A stretch of DNA of 23,314 nucleotides, from contig JYFJ02001310.1 of NCBI GenBank assembly GCA_000934665.2, positions 62,001 to 85,314 of the forward strand, written 5' to 3'. Source of the stretch: Catajapyx aquilonaris. Lineage: Eukaryota. Made by a program: the position numbers and the translations under genes. The notes below the pieces were generated by a model, which did not search any database, was not told the DNA's origin, and saw only the letters and a list, made by a program, of their open reading frames with translations. Of this stretch, positions 21,597-23,314 are shown piece after piece (position 1 is the first letter of the stretch; each line of letters opens with the position of its first letter).

Positions 21597-23314
21597 TGTG
21601 ACCCGAGCGACTGGGTACACACTGAAGAAAAAGCAAGATGGGTTGGTTCAAGCACAGTGAGTTTATTTGCAAGCAAATGAGTACGTAAGGATAACAAGGT
21701 TAAGGAGGGAATTTAAGGTAACCAGAGAGGTATAAAGGATAACCAGGTATGGGTAGGTAACCTCCGGAGAGGAGTGACTGTTGACCAGGATATTCTCCTG
21801 GCTACTAAGCCTCGAGTGTTGGTTGGCAGCTGGTTATATAGGGAGTGCCCCAATGCGAGATGGGTATGCGGCACGTGGGAATCCAGGTTGGAATGACACA
21901 TGTACCTGGTGTCCAACAAGAATTGTCGCAAGCGGCAGTGCACGAACTACAGTCTCTCGTATACCTGTGCTCGTAGATTGTAGTTCGTGCGCTGCCGCTG
22001 CGACAATTCTTGTTGGACTGATAGTACAGTGAGATACAAAATAGCATCCGTTAAGTGGGGCACGTTTTGGGCGCGATAAAATTCGGTCACACACCTCCCC
22101 TCGAAGCTGATGCACCCGGTGAGAACGGGGTGCAGTCAAAACAAGCGACAGTAAAGAAAGCTCTCGGAGACAGAATTATACAAAGGAGGAGGCGTAATTA
22201 TAACTGGGTCTGTGCAAGAACATGTTCAAGAGCATACATATATACTATACACTATCTCTAGGGGCTGGCCAGCCATTAAATCTAACATGGTATATACCCT
22301 TAATAACCATAAAAAGAAAGAACTCTGGATAGCGATGACGACCGATTTAAGTCCATTGTTTCTTGGTCGACACCGTAACTGCTATCACCCTGAAGGGACG
22401 TTTTCTCACGTTCAGGAGAGGAAGTCTCACTCTCCGTCACTGTATACCGAGGTTTAGGTCTGTCTGGGATCACTGTTACTCTACCAGGCGGGCGTCCTCG
22501 AGGGCGTCGAATGGGCCCGATGGAACCTGGGACGAGTGGCTTCTTCTTGAAATAAAACTGCCTCGTAGGTATGGCGGCTGGTGGAACAGGCGTCTTTGTC
22601 GAGGTACTGGGTTGTTCAGCAGGCTGCGGTGGCTTGGTCGTCTCGACGGTACCTCGTGAAGGACCGGCTTTGCTGACTGGTCCGACGGGTTTCGTCAGCA
22701 GTTGAGGGCGTGTCTTGGCAGCTGCGATCAGGAAGCGTTTGGCGATCTCGACGGTACGTTGGTTCACCGCCGGTTTTGGCTGGAATGCCGGGAGGTCTGC
22801 TTTTGGGGTGGCAATGGCTTCGGCTTCCGGTGTCTCTGGCTCAGGCTCGCTCTCCGTTGGTGTGGTCGGCGTACGGGCAGTCGGTGAGGCTGCTGGTGCG
22901 TCTTCAGGCGTCTCTTCAGGAGTAGGAAGAGGGGCGTCTTCGACCGGCGAGGCTGGCGTGGTGGTTGGTTGTGATGCGTCATCGTCATCGTCAATAATGA
23001 GAACTTTCCTCGGTGGCGTATGCACATCTCCAAGATCGAATTCGAGATCGGAGATGTTGGAGGAGGAAGAGGATGATGCTCTCGAAGGAGCAGTCAACGT
23101 TTGTGCAGGAAGGGGAGCCATCCATCTTGGCGACAGGAGACGAGGGACTTGTTTGGTCCTCGTGTCTGTGCTGGTGGCACTCCGGTGGCCCCGACGTCCT
23201 TTTGGACATCTGTCCCTCCTCGGGGCGCGAGGGGACGGGTTTTTTTGTGCCCCTTTTTGGGCCTGGGCCTAGCGTGTTTTGTTGTTGTTGTGGCAGGGGG
23301 AGAGAGAGAGAGAG
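21597..23314 (-). mobile_element. 3' end of an LTR retroelement (LTR 21597-22091, polypurine tract, internal region running off the window)
   Basis: TGTGACC...GGTCACA terminal inverted repeat. Polypurine tract GAGGGGAGG(TG) immediately before the LTR on the minus strand (22092-22102). TATATAA (21840-21834) and AATAAA (21667-21662) in U3-R-U5 order. No gag/pol or second LTR within the window. Confidence 0.75.
22300..23121 (-). CDS. Low-complexity S/P/T/E-rich ORF with an AT-hook, inside the LTR element
   Basis: 273-aa ORF with acidic tracts, FYFKKKP and RRPRGRPPGR (core PRGRP AT-hook, about 22480-22510). The frame stays open upstream of the ATG to the window edge. Confidence 0.6.
   Translation of the reverse strand: MAPLPAQTLTAPSRASSSSSSNISDLEFDLGDVHTPPRKVLIIDDDDDASQPTTTPASPVEDAPLPTPEETPEDAPAASPTARTPTTPTESEPEPETPEAEAIATPKADLPAFQPKPAVNQRTVEIAKRFLIAAAKTRPQLLTKPVGPVSKAGPSRGTVETTKPPQPAEQPSTSTKTPVPPAAIPTRQFYFKKKPLVPGSIGPIRRPRGRPPGRVTVIPDRPKPRYTVTESETSSPEREKTSLQGDSSYGVDQETMDLNRSSSLSRVLSFYGY

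Noticed and set aside
22715..23272. 185-aa + strand ORF
   Set aside because: Codon-aligned antisense shadow of the low-complexity minus ORF.
1..23314. CRISPR array or prokaryotic operon/defence system
   Set aside because: No regularly spaced repeats; the sequence is intron-containing eukaryotic DNA.

Overview
Eukaryotic genomic DNA, probably from an arthropod (short GT-AG introns, a (CCTAA)n tract, insect-type transposons); the species cannot be determined from the sequence. The main feature is a complete 17-exon ECM29/ECPAS gene (proteasome adapter, about 1814 aa) on the minus strand at 4782-12963. Head-to-head with it is a probable spliced gene for an uncharacterised coiled-coil protein (+ strand, ATG at 13869). 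An intact non-autonomous hAT element with an 8-bp target-site duplication (TSD) sits between the two genes. From 14 kb onward the window is dense with transposons: a perfect 148-bp palindromic Harbinger-like MITE, two V-domain SINE copies in opposite orientation, a deleted mariner, a rosa-like fragment, a foldback element bounded by inverted (ATT)n/(AAT)n tracts, and an intact tRNA-derived SINE. The window ends in the 3' part of an LTR element with a long hairpin in U3 and an AT-hook ORF upstream of the polypurine tract. Positions 1-4700 could not be assigned with confidence. All alignments were done by eye and no database searches were run.
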